From the IMG/VR virus record IMGVR_UViG_3300021399_000006, positions 14,128-78,127 of that record: DNA of 64,000 nt; one strand, written 5' to 3'. Positions 28,972 through 42,818 of the stretch are shown in pieces. Origin of the DNA: a virus. A program made the translations under genes and the position numbers. The notes beneath the pieces are model-generated. The model worked only from the letters and a program-made list of their open reading frames with translations, had not been told where the DNA came from and ran no database searches. Every line of letters starts with the position of its first letter. Position 1 is the first letter of the stretch.

Positions 28972-30084
28972 ATGGAAGATTCAAAAAATTTAAAGTTAGA
29001 TTATACTATTTAGTCTCCATAGGCGCGAACTGCTTTAGTGCAAGAAATAATAGATTCTCTACCTCCTGAAAAAATAACAAAAAAATATTTAGAAGTTATG
29101 TCAGATTATATTATATTTGCTATGACAAAACAAGAGAGAAAAAATAAATTAATAAATACCAGCAATAGAATGATAACAGTAAATAAAAGAGAAAAATCTT
29201 TTTAGGGGCTAGTGAGTAAATTTTAGAACGGTGAAGATGGAATATATAATTTAATAACAAATGATAAAAATATTATTTTTACGCCTAAAATTTCTATTAC
29301 GGCAGAAGATGTAAAAACAATTCCTGGTCTTAAACAGCTACAGGAAGCCATAGCGGAAACTGAAGCCCGCTAGAAAAAAGCTAAAGGTAGAAAACGTTTT
29401 ATATTAAAACAACAATTAATCCAATTACGTCAAGACCAATACGTTTTAAAAAACTCTTATAAACAACCTATAAATTGTTTAAATGGTATTAAAAATTTTT
29501 ATTCTCTTAATTTTGATGATAATATAACAATAAAGAATGGAAAAATAGAAGATAAAAGTTTAATATCTTTTATGAATCCTAAACACATTTCTGCTCTTTT
29601 GTGCAATTATTCTCGATTAAAAGAAAGTTGTTATGGTAAATTTTATACAGATGGTTATTTCCTTATGGAAGCATTAGATAAAATAGTAGATCAAACCCTT
29701 GAAAAGGATTTTCCTCTTTACTATAGTCTCTTGATTTATAAAATAGATGGAAAGACTAATCTTTAGATTCAATCTCTTTTGTAGCAATAGCATGATGTTC
29801 ATTATTCTATATAGTATATATCTTCTCTTTGGCGGAATAAAATTCCTAAAATGATTGCGGAAACCGCAACGAAAAATTATCTTTTATGGTATTACACTAA
29901 TAAAGAAAAAGGCGAATGGAAACGCTGTTCGAGATGTGGATAGGTTAAATTAGCTCATAATATCTTTTATTCTAAAAATACTTCCAGTAAAGATGGTTTT
30001 TATTCTATATGTAAAGATTGTCGTAATAAAAAGAAGAATAAAGTAGTAAAAATAGTAAAAAGAATACCGTATAAAGGAGATTAA
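28972..30084 (+). CDS. First late gene, hypothetical protein (about 370 aa; TAG-recoded) with a C-terminal zinc-ribbon module paralogous to the next two genes
   Basis: RBS AAAGGAG. Frame open to TAA 30082-84 with about 12 in-frame TAG. Contains track ORF 29572..29766. Confidence 0.45.
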
Positions 30085-30085
30085 T

Positions 30086-30490
30086 ATGATTAAAAGAACA
30101 TGCCCAAAATGCGGACGTACATTAGAAGAAATTAAATTTTTTTCTTATAGAAATGATAGAAAAAAGAAATATCCCATTTGTAAAGATTGCATTAAAATGA
30201 ATATAGATGACTATAATCCAGATACTTTTGTAAAATATATAAAAGAATTTAATGACCCTTGGTCACCTACTTTATGGAATAAGATATTAGAAAAAGAAGA
30301 AATTCGAAGAAAAGAACAAAAAAATTTTTATAAATATTTAACAAATACTCCGTCTATTATAGGAAAATATTTAGCTTATGTAAGATTAAAAGGCTTTCAA
30401 GCTTTTACATGGGAAAGAAGTGATTAGTTTGAAAAAGGACAGTCACATTTACTTCATTTAAGCAATCTTTCTTCTAAAGAGGAGGGATAA
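30086..30490 (+). CDS. zinc-ribbon protein, paralog 1
   Basis: Track ORF 30086..30427 extended through one TAG to TAA. Confidence 0.5.
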
Positions 30491-30492
30491 AA

Positions 30493-30843
30493 TATGGCAA
30501 AAATAACATGTTAGAAATGCGGTCGTACTATGTAGGAAGTTAAATTCTTTTCTTATCGAAACGGTGATAAATTTTAGATATGTAAAGAATGTATAACTCT
30601 ACACGTTGATAATTTTGATGAAGATACTTATTTATGGATAGTAAAAAAGGCAGATGCTCCTTGGGTGCCTCTTCAATGGAATAAAATTAGAGATAGAGAA
30701 TATGCAAAGCATGGAGGAAAACTAAAAGGTACTTCTGTCGTTGGTAAATATTTATCTTGGACAAAATTAAAACAAAATAAAGATTATTCGTGGGAGACAA
30801 GTTAGGAATTATGTAAAAAAGTTTCTCAAAAAGAAAATGTTGA
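30493..30843 (+). CDS. zinc-ribbon protein, paralog 2 (TAG-recoded)
   Basis: RBS GAGGAGGG. CQKCG...CKEC. Extended similarity to paralog 1. Confidence 0.45.
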
Positions 30844-31696
30844 TAAAGAAGCATAGGAAGCCCGTCAGGAACAATTAAAGGGTCAACTTGAAAAGGGTGA
30901 AATTAGTTAGGCACAATATAGAACATTAGTAAGTTCTGAATTTCAAAAACAAAATGAATATATAATGATGCCTAAGATTCCATAGCAAGATGCTATCGGT
31001 AAAGATAATGCTTTTAATGAAAATGACTTTTTCCCATAGGAAGAATTACCTGATTTGGCGGCCGACCTTACGTTAGAAGATAAGAAATATCTCGTTATGA
31101 AGTGGGGCCGCACTTATAAAATGAATCAATTAATTGAACTTTAGAAAAAATATGTTTAGATGACGAATTCGTTTGATATACAAGACGCAGATAGTAAAAA
31201 TTCTTTGATTCTTATTTGTAAGACTTATTTAAAAATGAATTAGGCTTTAGACTGCGGAGATGTAGAAGGATATGGTAAATACAGTAGAACCTATGATATG
31301 TTAAGGAAGTCCGCAAAGTTTACAGCAGCGCAGAATAAAGATGAAAAAGGAGACGTCGTTGATTCAGTTGGTGAATTAGTTGCCTTTTGTTAGAAACATG
31401 AGGGAAGAATACCTAGATTTTAGATAAAACAACCTGATGCTATTGATAAAATTATTGATGACTTAAAAGCATATAATAGAAGCCTTATTTATGAAGATGC
31501 TGCTCTTGCAAGGCAGGTTTAGGATTATTTGAAACAAGCAAGAGCGCAACAGATGAAAAAAGAAGATACTAAAATAGCTAAAGAACAAGGTTTTGATGTA
31601 CCTCAATTAACAGAAGAAGATACGTTAGCTTATAAAGAATTTTTAAGACAATAGGCTGATGAAACTGAAAAGATTACAGGAGGACATTAGGAATGA
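30836..31696 (+). CDS. putative terminase small subunit / DNA-packaging protein (286 aa; TAG-recoded)
   Basis: Position immediately upstream of TerL with a stop-start overlap (ATGA). No TAA/TGA over 860 nt. Confidence 0.4.
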
Positions 31697-33432
31697 GTTT
31701 ACAAACATTATTAGATAGTTCTCTTGCTTATGAAGGTAAAAAACAAGGTATATCAGAATAGAGATTACTTTAGAAAATAGATGATATAAGAGATAAAATT
31801 GCTTTCTTTAGATAGTACCCTGATTTATTTATTGATTTTATACAAGGTCCAGAAGGAACTTTTAAGTTTTTATATTATCAGCGGATTTTTTTACGGATCG
31901 TTATGCGGCATCGGTATGTTTATGCAACGTTCCCGCGTGCGTACTCAAAATCATTTTTATCAATGATGGCGTTGATGATTAGATGCGTTCTTTATCCTGG
32001 TGCCGATTTATTTGTAACTACGGGTGGTAAGGAACAGGCAGCATCTATTACGGTAGCGAAAATAGAAGAAATTTGCCGTTTAATTCCCGCGCTTGCAAAT
32101 TAGATAAACTGGGATAGAGGTAAAACTAAAAAGTCAAGAGATGATGTAAACTATGTATTTAAAAACGGTTCAAGAATAAGTATTCTTGCCGCAAAAGAAT
32201 CTTCAAGAGGACAAAGAAGAACAGGCGGAATTATGGAAGAATGTGTTCTTATTGACCAAACTATGTTAAATGAAGTTATTATTCCAACCACTAATGTTAA
32301 TAGGCAATTAGCAGATGGTACTCGTGATAGTAAAGAAGTGGTTAATAAGTCACAAATATATATCACTACCGCAGGATGGAAAAATTCGTTCGCTTACGAT
32401 AAACTCATTTAGCTATTGATACGTAGTTTGATTTAGCCAGATGAAGTTATGATAATGGGTGGAACTTATGAAACACCTATATTAGAAGGATTGTTAGATG
32501 AAGATTTTGTATAGCAATTAAAATTATCTGGTACTTTTAATGAGGATTCTTTTGATAGATAGTATCGTAGCCTTTGGAGCGGAGACGCTTAGAACGCTTT
32601 CTTCTCATCTTAGGTTTTTGATAAACATAGAGTATTGCGGCAGCCGGAAGGAGAATATAGCGGCAGGTCTAGTAGATCAGCATATTATGTTTTAGGAGTT
32701 GACGTTGGTCGTATAGGATGTACGTCAGAGGTTGCTGTTTTTAAGTGCACCCCACAGCCGCAAGGAGCAGCAATAAAATCATTAGTTAATCTTTATACTT
32801 TTGAAGCATAGCATTTTGAGCAACAAGCAATTCATATAAAGAAAATTTATTATAAATATAAAGCACGAAAGATAGCTTTGGATGCAAACGGCCTTGGAGT
32901 AGGTCTCTTAGACTTTATGGTACTGGCGCAAGAAACGGATGATGGAGACTATCTTCCACCTTTTGGTGTTTAGAATGATGAAGAAGGTATTTATAAAAAA
33001 ATTTTTAAAGGAATATCTTAGTATTAGAAAGATGCTATATTCCAAATAAAAGCTAATGCTCCAATTAATACTTAGGCTTATTCTTATGCTCAAACTCAAA
33101 TGTCAAGCGGAAAAATTAAATTTTTAATTGATTAGGCTTAGGCGAAAGCAAAATTGATGTAGACAAGAACGGGTCAGAATATGACTCCCGATAAAAGAAA
33201 TGAATATCTTCGTCCTTTTGTTTTAACTACAGTATTAAGATAGCAAATGTTAAATTTAGTATAGGATAATGAAGGTGTAAATATTATTTTAAAGCAGGAT
33301 AGTCGTGGAATTAAAAAGGATAAGTTTTCTGCTTTTGTTTATGGATTATATTTTATTAAGCAGGAAGAGTAGCGAAGCCGTAAAAGAAAAAAGAGAGATT
33401 TAAGTAAAATGTGTTTGTTTACACCTTATTAA
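31693..33432 (+). CDS. terL: terminase large subunit (579 aa; TAG-recoded)
   Basis: Contains track ORF 31903..32103. Deviant Walker A (PRAYSKS), nuclease-domain GVDVGR, about 17 in-frame TAG. Confidence 0.75.
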
Positions 33433-33519
33433 TTTTTTAATAAATAATGGACAAATTTTAACAAAAAGATTTTTTTATTTTTAATATATAATAGTTAAAG
33501 AAAGGAGAATATATTTTAT

Positions 33520-33879
33520 ATGAAATCTTCTCGTGCAGAAATAAAAATATGTTAGATTTTATAGCAAGCAGGTCTAGTTTTTCAGGAAGAATATAGTTTT
33601 CCCGATTTAATAGGTCGTGGCGGTCATGCTTTACGTTTTGATTTTGCTGTTTTTGATGATGATGGTGAGTTATGGTTTTTAATTTAGTATCAAGGTATTC
33701 AACATTATAAAGCAAAAAGTATTTTTGGAGGAATGTCTGGATTAAATCAACAACAGTATTATGATATGCAGAAACGTTAGTATTGTAAAAAGCATGGTAT
33801 AAAACTTGTAATAATCCCGTATTGGGATGAATATCAGATAAGTTATGATTATATTATGAACTTAGCTGATGTCTATTGA
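33520..33879 (+). CDS. small nuclease-like protein (PD-(D/E)XK-like?), TAG-recoded
   Basis: RBS AAAGGAGA. 119 aa. Confidence 0.35.
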
Positions 33880-35566
33880 AGGCGGTGATTTTTTGGTAAA
33901 TAGAAAAGAAGAGATAAAGAAAAAAGGTTTTAGAATGAGACCTTCTTTACAAGATACCAATGAAACATACTCTCCCGCATTAGACTTTTCAAAAATAAAA
34001 GTAGGTGTAAAAACTCTTCAAGATGCTGTTGTATCTTTAGGAGAATTTAAAAGAATTAATCCTAGACTTGGTGACAAGCAATAGGTACTTAAAGCTATCA
34101 ATAATGGGAATAAAGCTATGATGATAGAAATATCTAATTTCTTTTATCGTACTAGCGGTATTTATGCAAGATTATGTAGATACATGGCGTATCTATATAA
34201 ATATGATTGGTTTATTACTCCTTTTGTAAAAGGATGTTAGGGTTTATTAGACCCTGATAGCGGATTAGGTAGTATATAGACAAGTGAATAGGATAAAGAG
34301 AAAAAGAAACAATTTCAGAATTTCTTTAAAGTATTAAAGTTCTTTTAGGCTTTTGAAGTAAAACGCTTTTGCGGCGAGGTTGCTCTAAAAGTAATAAGAA
34401 ACGGTAGTTATTATGGGTATTTATTACCTCAAGGAAATAAAGTAGTTGTACAATAGTTACCAGTAAAATATTGTAGATCTAGGTTTAAGATTTCAAATCG
34501 TCCAGTAGTAGAATTTAATATGAAATATTTTAGAGATGCGTATCCTGATGAAACACAGCGTTATCGCATATTAAAACTTTTTCCTAAAGATTTCCAAAAA
34601 GGCTACAGATTATATATTGGCGGAAAGCTAAAACCTGATTTCCCTGGAGACGAGTCAGGATGGTATGTATTAGATCCAAAAAGTACCGTAAAATTTAATA
34701 TTAATGAAGAAGATTTCCCTCCTTTTATTTCTGTTATCCCCGCTATAATCGACCTAGATGCCGCACAATAGTTAGATAGAAAAAAGATGGCACAGAAACT
34801 TTTAAAAATCATTATTCAAAAGATGCCATTAGACAAGAATGGTGATTTAATTTTTGATGTTGATGAAGCACAAGAATTGCATAATAATGCTGTTCAAATG
34901 GTTAGTCGTGCTATTGGTGTTGATATTTTAACTACTTTTGCGGATGTTTAGGTTGCGGATATGTCCGATAGAGGAACAACAACTACTATTGATGATTTAT
35001 AGAAAGTATAGAGAACAGTTTATAATGAAGCGGGTGTTTCACAATTACAATTTAACAGTGATGGTAATATAGCATTAAATAATTCCATTGCTAACGATGA
35101 AGCATCTATGTATAATTTATTAACACAGTTCGAATCTTTCTTAAATTTATTGTTAGAACCTTTTAACAAGTCACCTAAAAGATGTTATTATCAAGCACAA
35201 TTCTTGCCTACAACTATTTATAATTATAAGGATTTGGCTAAATTATATAAAGAACATGCGCAAATGGGTTATACGAAAATGCTTCCTCCCGTTGCGTTAG
35301 GCCAAACACAAAGTTCAGTATTAGCAAATGCGTTCTTTGAAAATGATATTCTTGATCTTGTTAGAGTCTTTGTTCCTCCGCTTACTTCTAATGTTATGAA
35401 CGCAGAAGCTTTACAACAAAGATCTGCGGTAAACAGAGGCGGTGAAAATGGACAATCTGGTGGTGGAAAAGAATCTTCTGGTAATAAATCGGAAGGCGCT
35501 GGCCGCCCAGAAAAGCAGGATAATGAAAAAACAGAGAAAACAATAATGAATAAATAGAGTATGTAA
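33869..35566 (+). CDS. portal protein (565 aa; TAG-recoded)
   Basis: Track ORFs 33869..34084, 34520..34771 and 35108..35557 lie in one frame joined by TAG. Position after TerL. Confidence 0.6.
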
Positions 35567-35577
35567 GGAGAAAAATA

Positions 35578-36924
35578 ATGGCATTAGCACATCAAAGTAT
35601 TGCTACTATTAAATCTCCTGAATTTATAAACTTACAAACCTTAGATATAAATCCTCTAATGTCCTCTTGTGAGATTAAAGTTTTTTATTTAGGAGAAAAT
35701 CGTAACGGTAGTTTTATATCAAAATAGGTTGCTACGGAAATGGCTAAAACTTTACGTGGCGCGCCTATTGTTGGATATTATAAAAAAGATAAAGAAGATT
35801 TCGCAGACCATGGCGATCAAGTCATCTTAGACGATGAAGGTTTTCATTTTAATTGTTTAACTAAACCATATGGTTTTGTGTCTCCTGATGCAAAAGTGTG
35901 GTTTCAAGATTTTGAAGATACAGATGAGTTTAATAATAATGTTATTAGAACTTATTTAATGACAACAGGCTATCTATGGACAGGACAATTTGAATAGGCT
36001 AAACAAGTCTTTGATGACGGCGGAAAGCCTCAGTCTATGGAATTAGATGAAAAAAGTTTACAAGGTCATTGGGCAAAAAATTCAAAAAATAATATGGAAT
36101 TTTTTATTATAAATGACGCAATATTTTCAAAGTTATGTATTCTAGGAGATAATGTGTAGCCTTGTTTTGAGGGTGCATCCGTAACTTCTAGTACATTTAA
36201 ATTAGATAAAGATTTTTCAAATACTTTATTTAGTATGATGAAAGATCTAAAATATGCCTTAGAAAAAGGAGGACAACCAGAAATGGCAAAACTTGAAAAT
36301 CAAGCTCCTGAAGAAGTAAAGGACACTTTTGTTGAAACTTCTTTTGAGAAAAAAGAAGAAGAAAAGAAAGAAGAAAAATCTGATTCTCAAGGAGAAGGTG
36401 CAACAGAAGATAAAGAAGAAGAAGATAAGAAAAAGAAAGAATATACCGCAAAAGACGATAAAGAAAAGAAGGATTAGGAAAAAGAAGATTCTTCTGACGA
36501 TAAAGAGGATTCTGCGGAAGAAGAAAAAGAAGATGAAGATAAGAAGAAAAAGTTTACAGCTTTACAGGCTGATTACGAAATCTTATCTCAAAAATATTCT
36601 GATTTAGAAAAAGAAATTGCTTCTTTAAGAGAATTTAAACAAAACATTGAAGATAAAGAAAAGGATGCCTTAATTAATCAATTTTTTATGTTAACAGATG
36701 AAGATAAGAAGGATGTTATTTAGAATAAGTCTAAGTATACTCTTGAAGAAATCAAATCAAAATTAGCAGTAATTTGTTTTGATAAAAAGGTCAATTTTAA
36801 TTTAGAAGAAGATTCTGAAAATGAAAAAGATTAGAAGGGTATTATTACTTTCAATGTTGTAGAAACAGAAGATCCAGACCCCGAGTGGGTAAAGGCTGTT
36901 AAAGCCAATATGGTTAATTTTTAA
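35578..36924 (+). CDS. scaffolding protein (448 aa, acidic/Lys-rich coiled coil; TAG-recoded)
   Basis: Track ORFs 35740..35997 and 36235..36477 are in the same frame. Lies between portal and capsid. Confidence 0.55.
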
Positions 36925-36941
36925 TTAGGAGGAATGTTAAT

Positions 36942-37535
36942 ATGGCTGTTGAAAAAACAAGAAAAGGCTTCGGACAAGTTGAACCGAACCATCTTTCAGC
37001 TAGATATACTGGACAAATTTACGCTCAGTTACCTGCAAAACATTCAAACGGCAATGCTATTGAACAGCTTGAAAATGGTCAATTTCTAAAATATGACTAT
37101 GCAGCAGGCTGTGCTAGCGATAATAATGCTTCTGCAGGGGAGTGGATGTTAGTATTTAATGAGGAAAAACTATATGATGAGCGTTATCAGAATCACAGAT
37201 ATTTTGCTCTGAAAAATACAGATTTTACTGATAAACTTATTTATCCTCGTCTTTTAAAGACAAATATTGGTGATATTTTCACAACTAATACTTTTAAATC
37301 AACTGATGAAACACCTAAAACAGTAACTACTGGAGATTAGGTTATTAATTTACCTACTCTTGCAGTTGGTGCTACTGTTGTAGTTGGTGATGATGGTTGG
37401 TTAAAAGCAGGAACTCCTAGCGCAGGACAAATGGCTTTTAAGGTAGTTCCGCATTTCACACAAATTGGAACAACTGGTGTTGATTATACTCTTGGAGATA
37501 TGCAGTACGCTGTAAAACTCCAGAGAGTGCAATAA
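36942..37535 (+). CDS. head protein (197 aa; one TAG)
   Basis: Track ORF 36942..37340 extended. Confidence 0.45.
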
Positions 37536-37555
37536 TAAGATAGGAGGATATAGAT

Positions 37556-38659
37556 ATGGCTTTAGATAGAAAAGAATTACAAGCATTAGCTAAGGCTACT
37601 GCTAAGGCTTCATTAAATCCTTCTACTACTTTTGCTTTTAATAATACAAATTTAACTTTTGAAGCATTAAATGAAACCTTTAGAGATGAAATGAATAAAC
37701 TTGCGGGTACTTATGCTGAGTATCGTGAGAATAAGAATCTTATTTTCAATTTAATCGAAATCGGTTTAGACGAGATTCTTCCTGCAAAGGTTATGCAGAA
37801 TTATGGTCAGTTTGCTGACGTTAAAACTTATGCACAGGGTGACAAACCTGTATTCCGTGTAAGAATTAGTGAGGCTTCTAAAAAGCGTGCTAAGAGTTTC
37901 GTAACAAGAGTTGGTCTTGCTGGTAGATATGAAGTCTTCAAGCTAGATGGCTACACACTGGAAGTTCCTACAGCAGCATACGGCGGAGCAGCTTCTATTG
38001 GATTCGAAGAGTTCCTTGATGGACATATCACAATGAGTGATGTTTATGATTTAGTTCTTGAAGGACTTGATGAAGCTGTTTATCGTGAGATTGCTAAGGC
38101 TCTTGTTGCTATGGCACAAGACGGTGATTTTAATCCTTATAACAAAGCTAATGTTGCAGGATTTGACGAAGCTGAATTTGATCGTCTGATTGCAACCGCG
38201 GATGCTTATGGTCAGAGTACAATTTATTGTACATTTGATTTTGCGGCTACTATGCTTCCTTCTCAGAATATGTGGTCAGATAGTATGAAGGAAGATATTT
38301 GGAACAATGGTTACTTTGCTACATATAAGAGACACAGAGTAATCGTTCTTCCTCAGAGTTTTGAAGATGCTACAAACTCAACAAAGGTTCTTGATCCTCG
38401 TTATGCTTATATTATTCCTACAGGAGCAGAGAAACCTGTTAAGGTTGCTTTTGAAGGACAAACTGCTGTAAGAGAGCATGAGAACGCAGATTGGTCAAGA
38501 GAGATTCAGACTTATAAGAAACTAGGTATTGCAGTTTACAATGTAAATCCTGGTATTTGTGTCTATAAGAATTCTGCTCTTTCAAAGAGTAACGCTTCTA
38601 GATCAACTGGAACTCCTACTATTAGTAAGGATATGACCATTGTAGTGACTAATAATTAA
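37556..38659 (+). CDS. major capsid protein (HK97-fold-like), no TAG
   Basis: Track ORF of 367 aa. Position after the scaffold. Strong terminator follows. Confidence 0.6.
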   Translation: MALDRKELQALAKATAKASLNPSTTFAFNNTNLTFEALNETFRDEMNKLAGTYAEYRENKNLIFNLIEIGLDEILPAKVMQNYGQFADVKTYAQGDKPVFRVRISEASKKRAKSFVTRVGLAGRYEVFKLDGYTLEVPTAAYGGAASIGFEEFLDGHITMSDVYDLVLEGLDEAVYREIAKALVAMAQDGDFNPYNKANVAGFDEAEFDRLIATADAYGQSTIYCTFDFAATMLPSQNMWSDSMKEDIWNNGYFATYKRHRVIVLPQSFEDATNSTKVLDPRYAYIIPTGAEKPVKVAFEGQTAVREHENADWSREIQTYKKLGIAVYNVNPGICVYKNSALSKSNASRSTGTPTISKDMTIVVTNN

Positions 38660-38661
38660 AT

Positions 38662-38697
38662 ATATGGGGAAGAACGTTATTTCTTCCCCATTATTTT
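38662..38697 (+). terminator. Rho-independent terminator after the capsid gene
   Basis: GGGGAAGAA-CGUUAUU-UCUUCCCC + UUAUUUUU. Confidence 0.65.
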
Positions 38698-38725
38698 TAT
38701 ATAAAGGGAGATACAAGGAGAAGAT

Positions 38726-39274
38726 ATGGAAAAGACTACATTAATTAGAGTTTTAAATAGAGATAATGGTTCTGTTGTTTATTCTATTCCTGAAATGAAT
38801 GGATTAAGACGTGTTTTTCAATCTGGTGAAACAAAAGAAGTTACTTTTGAAGAACTTGAAAAATTATCTTATATCCCTGGCGGAATGGCCCTTTTAGAAG
38901 ATAGTTTAGTTATTTTAAATAATGCATAGGCAGTACGTTTAATATTAGGAGATGTAGAACCTGAGTACTCTTATTCAAGAGAAGATATTATTAAATTAAT
39001 GAAAACAGGTTCTTTAGATGAATTTTTAGATTGTTTAGATTTTGCTCCTGAAGGAGTTAAAGATTTAATTAAAAATTTATCAGTAGAGCTACCTTTAAAT
39101 GATGTTGCTAAAAGAGAAGCTATTTTTAATAAATTAGGTTTTAATGTAGATAATGCAATTAGAATTAAACGTGAATCTTCTGAACCAACTGAAGAAAAAC
39201 CCGTTGTAAAAAGAAGAGTTCAAAAGAATTAGGAAAATAAATCTACTATTCCTACTCGTCGTGTTGTAAAATAA
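38726..39274 (+). CDS. hypothetical head-completion protein (182 aa; TAG-recoded)
   Basis: Track ORFs 38726..38929 and 38999..39232 in the same frame. Confidence 0.45.
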
Positions 39275-39291
39275 AGAAAGGAGGTGTAATA

Positions 39292-39834
39292 ATGCCAGAG
39301 AACTATACACCCTTTTCAGATGTTTATAATAGTTTTTTATCTAAAATTACGGATGATATGTATATGGAACTTACCGTAGAAGATACTTATAAAATACTGT
39401 ATGAGTTAGTGGTTGCCGCACTTCCTAAATTTTAGTTTCCTCGACAAGATTTATCTTATCAACAAATTTTTGTTGAAGGATAGGATGAAGATGATGAAGG
39501 AGATTTAATTTGGGCTTTTGTAAATAAATTAACTCCATAGTAGATAAATATAATTTCTACTTATATGATTGTAGAATGGGTTGGACAACAGTTAGCTTCT
39601 GTTGAAAATACTCGTATGAAATATAGCGGAAGTGATTTTAAATTTACATCACAGGCTAATCATATGCAAAAATTATTACAATTAAAAAAGGATTACGAGC
39701 GGGAAGGTTTTCATTTACAGCGTTTATATAAAAGAAGAAAAAAAGATGATACTGGAGTATATAGATCTACTTTTGGGACAATAATGCAGAATCATCCAGA
39801 AGGAGGGGCATCGGTATGGCACAATTATTTTTAA
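39292..39834 (+). CDS. head-tail connector candidate (180 aa; TAG-recoded)
   Basis: Track ORF 39565..39834 extended upstream through 4 TAG. Confidence 0.4.
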
Positions 39835-40148
39835 AATACGGTGTCTCTATAGATAAAGAAAGTTTTTCTACAAATATAAAAAGAATTATAAATCAATTAT
39901 ATAAAATACTTCCTATGAGGGAAGAAGGAAAAGACTGGCAAAAACCGTTAGAGACTTTAATTGAATAGTTATGTGGAATGAAAAGATTAATATCTAATCA
40001 AGATAGTCTTTTTTTCACTATAATATGTAAAATGGAGGGACTATTTGATTTAACAGATGACGAAAGAGATATGCCGTTATATAGGCGGACAATTTTCGAA
40101 TGTCTTAGTTTATTAAATAGTTTAAATTATAATGATTTTGAATCTTGA
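39816..40148 (+). CDS. hypothetical protein (110 aa)
   Basis: Manual ORF. Confidence 0.35.
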
Positions 40149-41433
40149 TAGTTTAAGAAACAGAGCTACGTTTAAAGATGATAATGAGCATTTCCTTTAG
40201 GAAAAAAACTTTGGTCTTAATACTTTACAATCAAGATTAAATATAAGAGGTGGACATGACCAATGGACAAGAATGAGATAGGATAAATTAAGAAGTTTAT
40301 ATAGTGCTTTATTCTCATCTTATCAACGAGCGATTGTTCAAAAATATGATGTAAAAAAAGATAGTTTAGCAAAAAATATTATTTCAATAATTACTCTTTT
40401 ACAAGATAAAGTTTAGTTATCTGATTCTTAGATACAATTTTTAGATAAGCTAGAAGAATAGTATAATTTTTTAAATGCGGAAAGAGATACGGTACAGTAT
40501 ATTAAACAATTATAGCGTATTGTAGATTCTTTGGTTGATAGTGAACCTTTATTTAGATGTTTAATTAATCATGATAAATTAAAGGTAGATTATTAGGATA
40601 AAATTATATCTATTCCGTTTATGTAGCCTCCTATTGGAGAAGATGAATCTATTGAAACTGATTTTCATAATGGAACTGTTTTTAAATGGGTACATGGGAA
40701 TAAATAGGAATGGACTCCTGATACATATTGGATTGTATATATGCAATACTCAGAAGAAACAGCTTACTTTAGAGCAGAGATTCGAAAAGCAGATGAAGAA
40801 ATTGAAATTATAACAATAGATGATGAAGGTAATGAAAATACAGTTACTTATCACGGTTGGATGACAGGACCTAATGAAACAACAGCTTTATGGAATACTA
40901 AAAAAGGTGTTGTTTGGAATGATATGAATTATACTAAACTATTATATATAACAAAAGATGAAGATACATTAGCGTTTTTTCAGCGTTTTGATAGAATTAT
41001 AATTAATGGAAAACCTTGGTAGGTGCAAGCATATAATGAAAGTTATAGCACTAATAAGCGCGGAGATGCGGAAACCGGTATAATTAGAGTGGCACTAAAA
41101 GAAACCTATACGAATACTTCTCAATTTGTAAAGGAAACGATATAGGATTTAGATAAACAACAAGCTGATAAATAGGTTTATGACGCTACTCATACATAGG
41201 GATATATTGATGGACCTGCAGTTGCCGCACCTTATGATAGGTTGGTTTATACTGCAAAGAACCTGGATCCCGCAGAATGGTCTATATCAGATTCTACTCT
41301 TGCTAAAATAGTTTCAATATCTGAAGATGGAAAAACTGTTAAAGTAGATATATTAACGGGATTTTCAAATAAAGAAGGTTTTGAAATTAGTTATGGTGAT
41401 TTAAAACTGAAAGTTCCTATTGTATCATTATGA
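40132..41433 (+). CDS. tail-completion / neck protein candidate (433 aa; about 13 TAG)
   Basis: Track ORFs 40741..41022 and 41242..41433 in the same frame. Confidence 0.45.
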
Positions 41434-41452
41434 GGAAAAAGGAGAGTATTGC

Positions 41453-42085
41453 ATGAGAAAAGATTTAATATCTTTAAAACCTATTTATTCAACGTTTTTA
41501 TCATGCGATAAAGATATATAGAAGATTTTAAAAGTACTTTTTGTTTAGAGTCGCCCACATAGTGATATGCTTAAAAGACTTTTGATTATAAATTCAAAAG
41601 ATTGTTTAGAAAATAATGCGGAATATCAACGTGTTATTGATAATTTTTCTTTAAAGGATTTAATTGATAAAGGTTATATTAGATTAAATCCTAAAATTTC
41701 GAGGGGCACTCATTAGGAAGTAAAAAGTTATATTCTTATTTCTTTAGATAATTTTTCTCCTAATTTTAGGAATCCATAGTATCGAGATTATATAATTAAT
41801 TTTGACATAGTATGTTATAATGATACTTGGGTATTAAATAATTATAAAATTAGACCTTTAGCAATTTGTGGTTATATAGAAGGAATATTACGAAGTTTAA
41901 CTTCTTCTACATCAAAAGATAAAAAATCTTATGATGCAGATATAAAATTAACAGGTATTGGAAAATATGAATTAATAGGCTGTAAACAAGTAGTTTTAAA
42001 TGAAGATTTATCTATGTATACATTATCTTTTAGAGGAATGCATTTTACGGAAGATATAGGACAAATAAAGATAAATGGAGAATGA
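41453..42085 (+). CDS. hypothetical structural protein (210 aa; TAG-recoded)
   Basis: Manual ORF. Confidence 0.35.
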
Positions 42086-42818
42086 ACTTTTATATTTATC
42101 AGGAAATGATATTCCTTTTGAATAGGCAAGATTAATTTTACATCAACCTACTATAAAAGAAATTGCTTACATAGGAGAAAAGAACTTTTTTACAGGATGT
42201 TAGTTTTTAATATTTTCAAAAGAAAAAAATTTATAGGATAAGGACAAAATTCTTTTAGAAGATTCTAATGATTTTAAAATATTAATGACAATGATAAGAC
42301 AAGATAATGTAATAGCTAAGAATTATAAAATTTGTATGCATATGGTTCTAACATTAATATTTCCTTAGTATAAAATAGATTTTTTACCTTTAAGTATTAG
42401 ATTACTAAAAGATAAAGAATCTTTTTTTATAGATGAAAATAACTTTGATAAATTTAAAAAGATTATTCAAAGGATGTTTTGTTTAGGAGCAGGTTAGAGT
42501 TCGTCAAGATATAATCCTGGCGGACCACAGGCTGCCGCACTTGTTAAAAAATTTCAAGAGCGAGCAAGGAAATTAGCTAAATTAAAAGGTCAATCGGAAG
42601 ATTAGATAAATATTTTTTCTTAGTATATTTCTATTTTGGCGGTTGGCCAACAAAAGAATATGAATTAGTTATTACAATATACCGTTTATCAATTATAGAA
42701 TGAAATGCGCCGTTTTAGAATGAAAATGGGATATGATATATATATTCAAGCTAAAATGGCAGGCGCACAAAATTTATAGGAAGTTAAAAATTGGATGGAA
42801 AAAATTTCTACCGATTAA
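42075..42818 (+). CDS. hypothetical structural protein (247 aa; TAG-recoded)
   Basis: Manual ORF. Confidence 0.35.

Noticed and set aside
31692-31696. TGA also recoded (as in code 4), because many gene junctions read ATGA
   Set aside because: TGA consistently closes the long TAG-containing frames (terS-like 31694-96, 33877-79, 40146-48, 41431-33, 45152-54). Reading through TGA gives no extended homology. Only TAG behaves as sense.
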